A stretch of 64,000 bases of DNA from the human T2T-CHM13v2.0 reference genome, Homo sapiens: the NCBI RefSeq assembly GCF_009914755.1, contig NC_060925.1. One strand, written 5' to 3'. Below are positions 26,061 to 39,549 of the stretch, one piece after another (the stretch's first letter is position 1; every line of letters begins with the position of its first letter). Under the pieces are notes generated by a model. The model was not told the DNA's origin. It did not search any database and saw only the letters and a program-made list of their open reading frames with translations. The translations under genes and the position numbers were made by a program.

Positions 26061-27062
26061 GAACCATTTCCATCCCTCTATATTTCCACTTTATATTACC
26101 TTGTCTTAGAATATTGGGTATATGTTTCCTGCTCTTTTGAGGTGGGAGTAAGGGAAGCTCCAAAATAGAAGGGGAAACAATGTTGCTTTATTTTGGGGAA
26201 ATAGTAATTAGGAAAGAAATCCAACTAGGAGAAGGAAACTAACACTTCTTGAGTCCCACTATGCGGCAGGAAATACGCTAAGCAGCCTCTCTTGCATATT
26301 GCATTTAATCCTTCCAACCTTTCATTCTGGAATGTTTGTGTTCTCATTAAAGCACTCTTATACTAACCTGTACAATAACTTTAAGTCAAAAACTTGACTG
26401 AACTTGACCAAATTATATGAGCAAGTTAATTACCTGTTATAGTAATACTAAAATAGGTTTTTAAATAGAATGGCACCCATTCTGCTGATCTCTAATCCCA
26501 AGAGAGCAAGTTCAACATCAGAAGTCAAAAGACCATTATTTGTATCTGGATCATCCACCCAGGGCGATAGATCAGAGAATTAAGATAATTACATACTTTC
26601 TGGTTAATTATCTGAGATGAAATATTCTATAGATGTGTTATATGTCAGTGGAGCTGCAATCTGGTCCAGGCTTTCACAGGAAGCTATTAAAAATGTCCTT
26701 GATGCTCAGCAAGAGTCACATGGACTGTCTATCAGAGAATGGAGGGCCACAGAACTCCCACTCACCGATGCCGCTTGGCTTGCAGCCTTTCTTGGCATTA
26801 GCCTCAGCCTCGCTACCAACATCCACCTGGCCTGCCCAGTCCAGTTCCCTCCATATGAATCCCGGTCCCTTGCTTTTACATCACACCATCCACAGGCTTA
26901 ACCTCAGCTTTACCAGTGGCTACCCAGGACCCCTGAAAATTAAGGGTAGTGGGTTAAAAGTGTGAAGAAGGGGGAACCCCATACATCTATACATATGGAC
27001 AAAATACCTTGCAAACCCTCACTTCCAATTAGATCTGCTCTCAAGATTTTGGCCACAACAGA

Positions 27063-28180
27063 TGAGGCAAAGATGATTGACTGCCTCCTCGATGTATTCC
27101 CTCCACTCCCTCCGTGGCTAACAGAATGCCCCTTCAGCCTTGGGCTCAGGAATCTGACATAGTACTTACTAGTCAATTAGAGGAAGTCTGCTGGAGGCTT
27201 CAAGGAAAGGTTTCCTTTCTAATAAAAAGAGTTGCATGCCAGTCAGAATGGCTATTATGGAAAAAATAAAAAAAAAATCAGGAGCTGGTAATGGAGAAGA
27301 AGGAATGTTTATGCACTGTTGGTGGGAGTGTAAATTAGTTCAGCCATTGTGGAAGACAGTATAGCAATTCCTCAAAGACCTAAAGACAGAAATAACATTT
27401 GACCCAGCAATCCCAGTACTGGGTATATACCCAAAGGAATATAAATCATTCTACCATAAAGACACATGCACATGAATATTCATTGCAGCACTATTCACAA
27501 TAGCAAAGATATGGAATCAACCTAAATGCCCATCAGTGATAGACTGGATAAAGAAAATGTGGTAAATATACACCATGGAATGCTATACAGCCGTAAAAAA
27601 GAATGAGATCATGTCTTTTGCAGCAATATGGATGGAGCTGGAGGCCATCATCCTTAGCAAACTAATGCAGGAACAGAAAACCAAATACCACATGTTCTCA
27701 CTTATAAGTGGGAGCTAAATTAGGTGAACACATGGACACATAGAGGGGAACAACACACATGGAGGCCTTTTGGAGGGTAGAGGGTGGGAAGAGGGAGAAG
27801 ATCAAGAAAAACAAGTAATGGGTACTAGGTTTAATACTTAGGGGATGAAATAATCTGTACAACGATCCCCCATGACACAAGTTTACCTATGTAACAAACC
27901 TGCACTTGTACCCCTGAACTTAAAATAAAAGTTAAAAAAAAGAGCTGCATGGGGACAAACTGTCCTTTCTTTCTTTGGACATGATCATGGGAGGACGCAA
28001 TGCTTGTAGCAGATTTCCCTTTTGTGCCCATGAAGGGAAAATCAAGAAATATGAAAGAAGTTGACCTGTAGTCCAATTAACCAATTCTGGCACTATGGGA
28101 GAAAATAAATGCTTTATTGGTTAAGTCACTTTTAGTTGGATATTCTGATATTTACAGCCAAAAGCATCCTCACTGATTCA
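27063..28180 (+). mobile_element. MLT1 (J/K-like) LTR split by an L1PA
   Basis: 'ggaagtctgctggaggctt...aaagg'; end 'gttaagtcactt...tttacagccaaaagcatcctcactgattca'. Confidence 0.75.
27239..27936 (+). mobile_element. L1PA 3' end (L1PA13-like), ~700 bp
   Basis: ORF2 end plus 3' UTR to 'aaaataaaagttaaaaaaaa'; 15-bp TSD aaaaagag(t/c)tgcatg at 27224-27238 and 27937-27951. Confidence 0.96.
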
Positions 28181-29017
28181 ATGGAAAAACCCAGAAACTT
28201 CTAGTCTGTTACTCATATCTTGATATGGGCTGTATAGAGGGCATGCTTTCAGCAACAGGAATACCTTTCTAATTATGGCAATTCTGGTCTCATGGCAGAC
28301 ATTAAGAGTTGTTTGGGGAAGAAAGCCATCCTAAGACTAGCCCCCTCCATGATCTTGCAGAAATGACCAAAAGTCTTGACATCTATATTAAGAAACAGTA
28401 ACTATGACCAGCTACCGCCTGATTTAAGATGCTGCCTAAGACCAGCATCTTACAACTCAGTGCAATACTGAAAAATCAGGTTCACTTGTTTTATGAGTTT
28501 TTCAGTTGGGAAAGAATTCCACCCTATAAGCATCAGTTGTATTTGAACTTCATTCTCTGGGGTATAGAAATCATGGCAGAGACCACAGAATCCTAGAATT
28601 TTAGAATTGGAAAAAAGTTGAAGATCATCTAGATAAAACATTTGATTTTATAGATAAGGACAGAAGTACATGACTTATCTCCTCTGGATAATTACTGAGA
28701 TCCTTAAAACTAATAAAACGCTCACTTTTTATGATGAGAGAGAATTTCTTCAATAACTTCTAGACCATCTACTTTAAACAAGACAGCTTACTTTTACCAG
28801 GTGCTTGGCATGCAGAATTTTCTTTATAAATGTTTGTTGAATTAGGTGGAAAAAAATGAACTCATGCAAAAGAAAAATAATCTGGCTTCTTTCTCCGCGT
28901 TCTCAAGATGTTATATGAAAGAGACCATGGGCTGCCACGTTTCTGAATTAGCATCAAGATAAAATTATTCCTTCAAATAATTAAGCCAGAATGAATAAAC
29001 TAAATTTGCATTTAGGC

Positions 29018-29184
29018 CTAGTTTACCCCTTTCCCTCTAGGATCTTATAAACATGTAAGTATATGTTTATTAGCCATATTAGAAACATGTAAATATATGT
29101 TTATTAGCCATATTAGAACTAGTTTACCCCTTTCCCTCTAGGATCTTATAGACACGTAAGTATATGTTTATTAGCCATATTAGA
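29018..29184. repeat. Complex tandem duplication A-B-B-A-B (A 32 bp, B 34 bp)
   Basis: A=ctagtttacccctttccctctaggatcttata at 29018 and 29119; B=aacatgtaagtatatgtttattagccatattaga at 29050, 29084, 29151. Confidence 0.97.
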
Positions 29185-30169
29185 ATGTTGTATTCCTACT
29201 TTTATTTTACTACTTAGACCCCATGCACTGGGGAGTGTGTGTGCCCTTCTCCTCTCCCAGTTCTAAAAGGAAATGATCCCGTGACACTCTTTAAGTCAAG
29301 CTCAGCTGCCTGTCTCACCCTGGGAAACTAATAAGAGAACAGCCCCACCCCCAACCCCATTTCCTGCCTCCTCCTCTCTGCTGTTTCCCAACAAGCTGTC
29401 TGCCCTCAGGAATCAAAAGTGTCAACAGCTGAAGAGAAAGCAAGACCTAATTAAGGTTTTCAGAGTTTGTAACAAACAACATGGACGTATTTTCTATCAA
29501 AAGAATGGCATTTGTACTTTGACAAGGTATGGATATACTGAAAAGCTGAAATGAATTTAAGGAGTTTTTTGATCCTACAGTTGATAGGTTCAGATTCAAA
29601 ATAACTTCTGATGGGAGAAAATAAAATCCTAGTATTATCTATTACTTCCCTTGTAGGGAGCACAAACCTTACGCACAAGAGGTTCACCTGGGAGTAATTT
29701 CAAGCATACAAGGAGTAAGAAAATAAGATTTTAATACAAATATCTTAGGGAGAGGTAACATGTTGATTTAAATGCATGCTCAGATTAAATACGAACAAGA
29801 TTATTCCTAAACCTTTGTTTAAATAGTGGGGAGAGGAGAAAGTCTGGGTTGGGAGAAAGGATGTGTAAATGCTGAGAAGTAGAGAAATGAACAGCAGAAA
29901 GAGGATCCCAAAACAAAAGAGTCCCTGCTTCAGCAGCCTCTCAGTATGGTCCTGTTCATGGAATTAGATGTGATGCTTCTCAGGGGCTTCAGAATATGAG
30001 TTACAGGAGCAGGCAACGTGTCACCTCCAGAGAGGTGGTCTGCCCCACCTCTCCCTAGGCAGCAAAACACAACCACTTGGTTTGCATTCATCTCAAGCAC
30101 ATCATTATTGGCCAAATTGTAAGGGTGTTTCTCAGAAGGAGATGTGCAAATGGAATGTGTGAAGAATAC

Positions 30170-31294
30170 TGTGGAATAATGAAGCTGATATCCTGCCTTT
30201 GTCCCTGGTTTCTGGTACAGAGCTTTGCAAACCCTTAGCATTGCCCCAGTGTTATGTCCCCGCCCCACCCCCCAAAATTCATGTGTTGAAGTCCTAACCA
30301 GTACCTGAGAATGTGACTGTATTTGCAGACAGGGTCTTTCCAGAGGTTAATGAAGTAAATGAGGTCATTAGAGTGGGCCCCAAATCCAATAGGACTGATG
30401 TCCTACTGGAAATTAGGACACAGACATACGCAGAGGGAAGACCAAGTAAAACCACAGGGAGAAAAGAGACATCTGAAGCCAAGGAGAGAGGCCTCAGAAG
30501 AAACCAACCTTTCCCATACCCTCTTGTTCTCTGACATCTAGCTTCCAGAATTGTGAGAAAATAAATTTCTATTAGTGAAGAAATCCAGTCAGTGGTAGTT
30601 TGTTATGGCAGCCCTAGCAAACCAATATACTGAGTAGCAGGAGTGTCTGTTATGATGATGAGGGGACTCTTGGTAGGCACCTAGATAGCTTCAGGATGGG
30701 GGCTGGTCACCAGAGAGACCAATCATGTGATTAGAGGATTGGGACTTTGGGCCCACTGGACCTCCAGGAAAAGTAGATGTGCTAGAAATTAAGTTCAATC
30801 ACATGGCCAGTGATTTAATCAAGGACATCTAAGTAATGAATCCCCAGTGAAAACCCTGGACCCAAGCTTGGAGGGGTTTCCTGGTTGGTGAACACGTTGA
30901 TGAGCCGGGGGATGATACACCAGGATTTCATGAGGGGAGGACATAGAAACTTAGCGTTGGCCCCCACTCAAGACCTTGCCCTGTGCATCTCTTAGTTGTC
31001 GTTCCTGATCTGTATGCTTCATAATAAAATCGTAAGTATAATGCTTCTAGTCAGTTGAGTGTGTTGTTCTAGCAAATTATCAAACTTGGGAGGATTGTGG
31101 GACCCTTCAAATATATAGCTGGTTGTCAGAAATAGGGATGGCTCCCGGGGCTTCTGGCTGGCATCTGAAGTAAGGGCAGTTTTGTGGGACTGAACCCTTA
31201 AATTGTGGAGTCACACTAATTCTGGGTAGTTGGTGTCAGAATGGAATTGAATTGCAGGACATCCAGCTGGTGTCAAGGAACTGGAGTCAGAACA
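30170..31294 (+). mobile_element. MER21C-like LTR, split by MLT1B
   Basis: 'ctttgtccctggtttctggtacagagct', 'ctagatagcttcaggatgggggctggtcaccaga', 'gtcagaatggaattgaattg'. Confidence 0.88.
30250..30629 (+). mobile_element. MLT1B solo LTR
   Basis: 'tgttatg...cccccaaaattcatgtgttgaagtcctaacc'; end 'tgttatggcagccctagcaaaccaatata'. Confidence 0.9.
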
Positions 31295-32134
31295 ATAAGA
31301 TTCTTCTGACAACCCTGTAGTTTGAACTCTTTTCACAAGGCATTTTGTCTACCATCCCAAATGTAAAACATTCCTTTCTTAGAGGAAATGTTCCTCTGAA
31401 ATTATTCAAGGCTCTTCAGACAAAAAACAGAAAGAGAGAGAGAGAATTTTAGCCAAGTTCTATCTCCCAGATATTTTCATAAGCAATATGCTTTGCTCAT
31501 TCAGAAAACCTAAATCTTTGGTAACAGCAACAATTTGACATACTACCAGCCAAAGTAACTCTTAGAGATTTTTGCTGAATTTAAATTTTCAAGTGAAAGA
31601 TACATAAGTTTGGGAGATGATTTGTTGCTATTATGAAAGGAGAAAGTAGAGCAAAAAATAGAGTAAAAGTAGAGTAGGCTTTCATTACTTAGAAAATGAT
31701 ACTTTCATCATCCATACGGTTGGCTTTGAGTAGTTCTAATAATGCCAAAAGTTCTTGGAGATAGTTGTGAGGAACACCCACGATTCCCTTAGCAGAAACA
31801 AGAGCAAAGTAATTGCATAAGTAGATGTTAAATTATATTCAAGTTCTCTTTTCTGGGAAAGAAATAAAGCAACCAAAAACTTGTATAAATGTGGTACAAA
31901 AGTGACAGCATAGAAAACATCAAGACCAAAGCAATTATCCCTTTAGTCTTCTAGCATGAAGCATTGTTGTAGTGAGTTGAAAGGAGATTTGACCCCAAAT
32001 AAAATGGAATTAGGTGACTTTTTTTTTCCAGGAAACTAGTTTAAAAATTAAGAGGAATATTAAAGGCATAGTTATTAAAATAAAATTTAGTCAAAGTCAG
32101 TCATGTGTTTAAAAAAGAAAAAAAATTGTTTACA

Positions 32135-32449
<315 letters not shown>

Positions 32450-33268
32450 TTACAGCTGTTTTAGTAGGTGAAAAGAAGGCCAGAGAGTCTTCTATAAAAA
32501 GAGAAAACTTATAATATACTGAGGTGTCCTCCTACCCAAGCCATCACTTGACAAGTCTCAAGAAACATAGGAAATTTACATAAATTCTCACTTCTTTATG
32601 GCATTGAATAAAAATTATTTAATTGTAATTTACTTTAAAATACGTTGGCAAAAAGATCATGTAGATATGCATACATTGCTTAATCTAGGTTGTGAATAAG
32701 TGGATGTTCACTAAATATTTTTTCTACTTTTCTATATGTTGAAAGTTTTTTACAATAAAAAGTCTAAAATTAGTTAATCAAACAAGAGACCTTTAAAAAC
32801 AAAATGTAGAAAGGCTACAGAATTCAAATATCCCATTAGCTGTTGCCAAAAAGGACCAAATATTATTAAGACTTTTCCTAAAACATGATTAAAAGATAAA
32901 GACTGCCTTTTATCTTAGGCTTATAAGATTTTATATATTTTTATCACAAGATGAGAACTAAGACACCTGAGAAACAAAGGGAGTGAATAAATTCTTGTTG
33001 TAGTCAATTAAACATAAAGATGTGTTGGTGTTTGTGTTTACATCAAAGAAATATACAATATTTGTCAATGAAGAGAATGAAATTCTAAAACCAATAGGTA
33101 AATATGCACCCAGCTGTCTGACAGATATATGCCCCCAGGGGATTGATACTTGATAAGGAAAAATGGCACTTCCATACCCAAAATAATTATAAATTATATA
33201 AAGAATGGAGCTAAATTAAATACAGTTATGGATTAAAATGTATTATAGATACATGTGTATAGAGTATT

Positions 33269-33709
33269 TCTGGTAAGCAGAATAATGGTTCCCCGACGAT
33301 GTCCACATCTTAATCCCCAGAACCTGTTACTTTCCATGGCCAAAGGGACTTTATAGATATGATTAAGTTACAGATCTTGAGATGGGAAGATTACTCTAAA
33401 TTATTTGAGTGGGATTACTGTACTCACAGGGTACTTAAAAGAGGGAGGCAGGAGAATCGGAGTTAGAAAAGATGTGACAATAGAAGCAGAGGTTGAAATG
33501 ATATGGGGCCACAAGCCAAAGGATGTGGGCAGCCTCTGGAAACTAGAAAGAGCAAAGGAATGGATTATTTCCAGGAGCCTCCATAAGAGGCATAGCCCTC
33601 CCGACCCATTTCAGACTTTTGAGTTCTACAGCTGTAAAACAATAAATTTCTGTTGTTTTAAGCCACTAAATTTTTGGTAATTTGTTACAGCAGGGTTAGA
33701 AAACATAAA
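33269..33709 (+). mobile_element. MLT1D solo LTR
   Basis: 'tggtaagcagaataatgg...gatgtccacatcttaatccccagaacctg'; end 'ggtaatttgttacagcag'. Confidence 0.9.
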
Positions 33710-33819
33710 GTGTATTATAAGTGAGGGTGTTGTAGAGGTTAGAAAAGAGATAAATATATATTAAATAAAGGAGTCTTCATGGGAGAAATGAGATATGTGA
33801 AATATATTAACAGATTTTA

Positions 33820-35890
33820 GAGACTAGAGAGGCTCTTGAGCTTAGAGAGATGAAATGCATAACCCAGTATTGAACGGATATATCTTATTAATAAAAAGCA
33901 AAGAGGCAGAGAAATGGCAACACTCTAGGGTAAACTGGTGAAACCTCATCTGGGAATCCATGATTCTGATAATACACACAAATTAGGAAATATTTAGGTG
34001 GGGATAAAAACAAAAAGGATACAAATGAAATGTCCGTGGGCAGCTTCATAGAACACCAAGCTACGTGAAAGTCATTGCTTTCCTAACAGAGATTAAAAAT
34101 TAATGGAATATGCAGAAGATGAACCCCTTCCTTACACCATACATAAAAATCAATTCAAGGTGGATTAAAGATTTAAATATAAAACCTTAAACTATAAAAA
34201 CCATGGCAGATAACCTAGGAAATACCATTCTGGACACAGCCCTAGCAAAGATTTCATGACAAAGAGGCCAAAAGCAATTGCGACAAAAACAAAAATTGAC
34301 AAGTGAGACCTAATTAAACTAAAGAGCTTCTGCACAGCAAAAGAATATACCAACAGAGTAAACAGACAACCTACAGAATGGGAGAAAATATTTGCAAACT
34401 ATGCATCCAACAAAGGTCTAATATCTAGAATCTATAAGGAACTTAAACAAATCAGCAAGCAAAAAACAACCTCATTAAAAAGTGGGCAAAGGACATGAAC
34501 AGACACTTTTCTAAAGAAGACATAAACACAGCCAACAATCATATGAAACAGTGCTCAACAGCACTAATCACTAGAGAAATGCAAATCAAAACCACAATGA
34601 GACACCATCTTACACCAGTCAAAGTGGCTATTATTAAAAAGTCAAAAAGTGACAGATGCTGGCAAGGTTGCAGAGAAAAGAGAATGCTATACACTGCTGG
34701 TGGGTGTGTACATTATTTCAGCCATTGTGGAAAGCAGTGTGGTGAATTCTTAAAAAAACGTAAAACAGAATTACCATTTGACCCAGTAAGTCCATTACTG
34801 GGTATCTACCCAAAGGAATAGAAATCATTCTACCGTAAAGACACAGGCACATGTATATTGATCACAGCACTATTCGCGATAGCAAAGACATGGAATCAAC
34901 CTAAATTTTCATTAATAGTAGACTGGATAAGGAAAATGTGATACATACACACATTGGAATGCTATGCAGCCATAAAAAAGAACAAGATCCTATCCTTTGC
35001 AGCAACATGGATGGAGCTGGAGGCCATTATCCTAAGCAAACTAATGCATGAACAGAAAACCAAATACCACATGTTCTCACTTATAAGTGGGAGCTAAACA
35101 TTAAGAACACATGGACACAAAGAAGGGAACAACAGATACAACATGGAGCCTACTTGAGGGAGAAGATCAAAAAACTACCTATTGGGTACTATGCTTATTA
35201 CCTGGGTCAGAAAATAATCCATACACCAAACCCCTGACACACAATTTACCTATATAACAAACCTGTACATGTACCCCTAAACCTAAAATATGAGTTAAAA
35301 AGAAAAGAAAAAAATCCATGGCAGAGTTCAACTGTACTAATGAACCCTAATGACATCAACAGTTTCTAAAAGTCCTTTTCTACTGAAAACCAAGTATCAG
35401 ACTCATTCTTTACTTGCCCTGCTGGTAATATCATCTCTTGGGATGCACAGGAAGCCACAAAGGGAACTGATACTCCATACCTAATTCCAAGAAATAAGGG
35501 AAATGTGGTTGGTGATTGAATGTGACAGGAAGTGACGATGTCATTTTGGAGCCTGTAATAGTGAAAGAAAGGATAGCTGCAAACTGTTGGACATGTACCA
35601 TAGGCTTTAGACAACAGGACACTTTATTTTAGAGAAAAGATAGATATGACTGGAGATCTTGAAAAGGAATTTGGCACATGTGGGTTCAGATATTTTACAA
35701 GTATGAAATTCTAGGTAAATTGTCACAATCCCATCCTTTTTGGAAGAAAAGTGGAGTAGCATTTAAAGAAATAAAAGATTTCACAGAAGTTGTCTGATTA
35801 GCTCAGACTCAAAACTATACATTTTTTAAAAAGGATAGGCATAAAACCAGGAATAACCACCTATAAGTATAGACTTTGTGAGGGTAGAAA
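33820..35890 (+). mobile_element. L3/CR1 LINE fossil including the ORF2 endonuclease region, split by an L1PA
   Basis: 35405-35560 resembles decayed FLTCLADNFISQKVEEATRG-AILDLIL...SDHVIL; 'atggcagagttcaac' resembles MGDFN. Confidence 0.65.
34108..35314 (+). mobile_element. L1PA 3' 1.2 kb (L1PA15/16-like)
   Basis: ORF 34495-34821 is the L1 ORF2 C-terminus ([10 protein letters not shown]...REMQIKTTMRHHLTPV); 3' UTR and A-tail present. Confidence 0.96.
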
Positions 35891-36454
35891 TAGCTTTTTT
35901 CCTTAATTTTGTATCTGTAAAAATTGTGTCAGAAAGTAAAAAACTTCCATAGGTAATTAACAAACTTTAAGGGCAACTAATATTTAATTAATTAAGTATG
36001 ATTGATATATATGATATAGCATATTGATTATTGATCATATATTGATACGCTATATGAGATTAATATGGTATAATCTCAATAGATGATAGAAGACATATCC
36101 ATTTTTGCTTCCAGATTCATTATAAAGAATGATGTTCAATTTTTTAAATTAAGATAAGCATGTTAAATATTATAATAAAGGAGAGTGGTCCTCAAAGTAA
36201 AATAGTTCAAGAGAGCAGAATGGGCACATGTTTGATTTCCTCTCCATCAGATACCATTGATATAGAATAAAGATATACAAATATAACCCAAATAAACATC
36301 TGTGCCCCAAATTATAGCTTTAACATGGTGTCTTCCTTAATGAAAAAAAAATCCCAACCATATAGTAAGAAGTGCATTCTTAGGTCACAGCAAATACCTG
36401 CAATAACCTCTTTCCATCTTCTTCTATATCTTCTCCCCTGTAGCAGCAGTACTC

Positions 36455-36481
36455 TGTGTGTGTGTGTGTGTGTTTGTGTGT
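36455..36481. repeat. (TG)n microsatellite
   Basis: Directly visible. Confidence 0.95.
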
Positions 36482-37580
36482 CCCAAATCTCCCAGATACT
36501 TACCCCTCATATTCTTATCCTTCCTCCATTCCCCACATACTACTATAATATCTCCCTACTATACACTTACAAGTAGCAACAGTTACAAATAGAAACTTTT
36601 ATTCTTCTCCGTGAGCTGCATCAGATAGCTTCAGAATTCTGGAAAATACAATGTTTCTTCACTTTTCTCCTCAAGAAGAAAATGTGTGGAGCTTCCTAGG
36701 AAGTATAATTTTCTCACTCTAACAAATTTTCAAATCTTTTTGGAGAACTTCTGGTGAACAAAATTCTCTACCACATGACCCCAAAAAGAATAAATTTATA
36801 GATGTGATGAAGTAAAACAATGTGGCATCAGACAGATGTTTTTGATAGAGTTTCTGACAAAGTGAGTCTAATCATATTAACATATAGCCAGAGTTAGGAA
36901 ACAATAGATGAACAAAGAAAATTCCCAGAAGTGGAATACCAGAGGCAGCAGAAGTAAAGGCAGAGTCATTCTTCTTTAGAGAACCAAGAGAGGTCCAGAC
37001 TCAAGATTGGAAGGTAGAGAATGCAGCATTGGATCTGGGGAAGCAATCAGCAAAAAAGACAGAGTGATGCATTACTGTCCCTGCCAGGTAAAAGCCAACT
37101 GCTCTACTAGTCTCTGCTATTCGGTTTGGAGAAACGAAGCATTTTCCAGATCACTAGCAGATGTGAGGGGCTATACTAATTGATTCTAGCAAAGATAAGA
37201 CTTTAGGAACAATCGATGCAATTAGAGTCACTATCGGATTACATTTTGGATACCCTACTGTCATTATCCAAGATCCATCTGTCTTCTTGCACAGGCCAAA
37301 CAGACAATAAATGAAGAATAGGAATCACCAGCCATGCATCTTGCACATCGTTAATGGCAACCTTAATCTCTGCTATTCTCTTGAGGATTCAGTATTGCTT
37401 TGGTTTATAAATTTGTCCTTTCTACTATAATAAATCTTAAACTACAAGTCAGAGTGAATATTTTGCTAGTTGCTTAGTATGCCTATTCTAACTTTCCATT
37501 CAGGTCCTGGGGAAAAACCACTAGTTAGATCTGTGAACCTATTGGACCCACCATGATAGAGGCTTGGGGCAATTGACACC

Positions 37581-37978
37581 TGCATTAGTCAAAATCATCT
37601 ATGTTATGTAGAAAAACAAATAACTCCAAATATCAGTGACTTATAAAAACAGAAGATAATTTCTTGTCCATATTACATGTCCATCATGGGCTGGATATGG
37701 CTCTATCCTACACTTCTTTGCTCCAGGGTCTAGGCTAGTAGCTGCTATCTGGAGCATTGCTAATCTTGTGGGAAAAGAAAAAGAAACATGGGAAAACATA
37801 CTGTGTCTTAAAGCTTTTGTCCAGGAGTGACATATGACACATGCCCACATGTTATCAGCCAAAGCAAATCACACATACACTCCTGAGTTCAAAATGGCAT
37901 CATAGAATCCTGCCATCTTGAAGGCACTGCAAAGAAAGAAAATGGAGTATTCAACAAATAGTAATAGGATCTACTGCA
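37581..37978 (-). mobile_element. MLT1I-like solo LTR
   Basis: 'tgcattagtc...aaataactccaaatatcagtgactta'; other end 'aacaaatagtaataggatctactgca'. Confidence 0.8.
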
Positions 37979-38663
37979 TTGTCTGACCTGCATGGACTTC
38001 CACCCTGACTGCGGGACCACAGCGACATGTTGGAGACCTATGGAGTAATGTCATCTCAGAGGCAGTATACAGTAAGTCCAGAAAAATCTTGGAATTCCTC
38101 TGTAGAATATTTAAAACATGTACTTGTAGCAATGTCAGAAGATTCTTCCTCCAGGAGATAGGCTTTCCTTCCCATTCTAGGGTTCCAGATTTGAGAAGTG
38201 GCTGAGGTCTGGAAATGGTGTGAACAGTATTAACTCTCCATTGTGATTAAAATTAAGCCTGTACTCATGACTTAGAACTTTTTCTATTTTATATATAAAG
38301 TAAAATTGTATTACATAAATATAAAATTGCCCATCTATTTCAGTCTTAAGGACACTCTGATCAATTAGCCATAATCAAAAATATGTGTGGGGTAAACTTT
38401 TCTAACTATCACTAATCAATCCCACCCCACCTTGTCTTGTCAGTATCTGCTGCCACTTACCGTCTATCACTCTGAAATCCTTCATCCTCACTGAAATCAA
38501 GGAGCCTATTTCTACAGTAGCATCTTCAGTCATCATCCTCAGCTTTGAAGGACAGACACAAGAGGGCTTTCCAAGAAAGATGGAGTTCCTCTGACTAATG
38601 TTTTCCCCTATGTTTTGATAAAGGTAGTATCCTTTGATATCTTTGATGAGATGAGTAAGAGTG

Positions 38664-39113
38664 TGTATTAGTTTGCTAAGACTGCCATAATAAAATACCA
38701 CAGACTGGTTGGCTAGAACAGCAGAAATTTATTTTCCCACAGTTCTAGAGGCTGGAAGTTCAAGATCAAGATAGGGTCAGTTTCTCCTGAGACCTCGGTC
38801 TTTGGCTTGCAGACAGCCATCTTCTCATTGAATCCTCACCCAGCCTTTCCTCTCTACCCTGAGACCTCTGTCTTTGGCATGCAGACAGCTATCTTCTCAT
38901 TGAATCCTCACCCAGTGTTTCCTCTCTACATGTGCATCCCCAGTGTCTCTTCTTTTACTTAGAAGGACACCAGTAATAGTGAATTAAGGCCTCGTCCTTG
39001 GGACCTCACTTGACATTAATTACCTGTTTAATGACCCTATCTCCAAATAGTCACATTGGGGATTAAGTCTTCAAAACATGAATGGATAGGGGGACATAAT
39101 TCAGTCCACAACA
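38664..39113 (-). mobile_element. MLT1B-like solo LTR with internal 72-bp tandem duplication (38786-38929)
   Basis: 'tgtattagtttgctaagactgccataataaaataccacagactgg...ggacataattcagtccacaaca'. Confidence 0.9.
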
Positions 39114-39549
39114 TACTCTTCTTTCTTAATATGTCACATATTAATTAATATGTCCTATAACTCTAAAAGATAAGATATTATTTTGAGGCAGTCACAACAG
39201 AAGCTCTCTGGTTTTCTGATAATGTCTAAGCAAACATTTTTAAACCCTGAGGTCATTTCTGTAATCTCTCCAGTGTACTCAGAAATATCCAGCCCACCAC
39301 GCAGTCTCTGTAGTCTTCACTCCAACAGTATGCAAATACTGCAACAGCATCTTTGTCTCTCAAAACTATATCTTTAATATTAGGCACTTAATTCCATGCA
39401 AGTATAGGTAATAATTTATGTAACTCTTTTGCCATGAACTACTGATATCTCAGAGATCATCACTGCTTCAAATCTTAGTTATTGGAGGTATCCAATAACT
39501 AAGCCAAATTCATATTTTTGAAGATCTTTTTCTTGAAGCCATTCTTGGT

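Noticed and set aside
29018-29184. Repeat-spacer pattern resembling a CRISPR array
   Set aside because: Eukaryotic DNA; the 'spacers' are themselves identical copies, so it is a nested tandem duplication.
34495-34821. 108-aa ORF with real protein similarity
   Set aside because: C-terminal fragment of L1 ORF2 within a truncated L1PA, not a host gene.
35314-35720. Continuation of ERV-L pol (RNase H) on the minus strand
   Set aside because: Fits plus-strand L3/CR1 endonuclease motifs better.
38402-38701. 99-aa minus-strand ORF as a domesticated gag gene
   Set aside because: Starts inside MLT1B, only partly in gag frame, and the surrounding gag is degraded; no intact capsid ORF.
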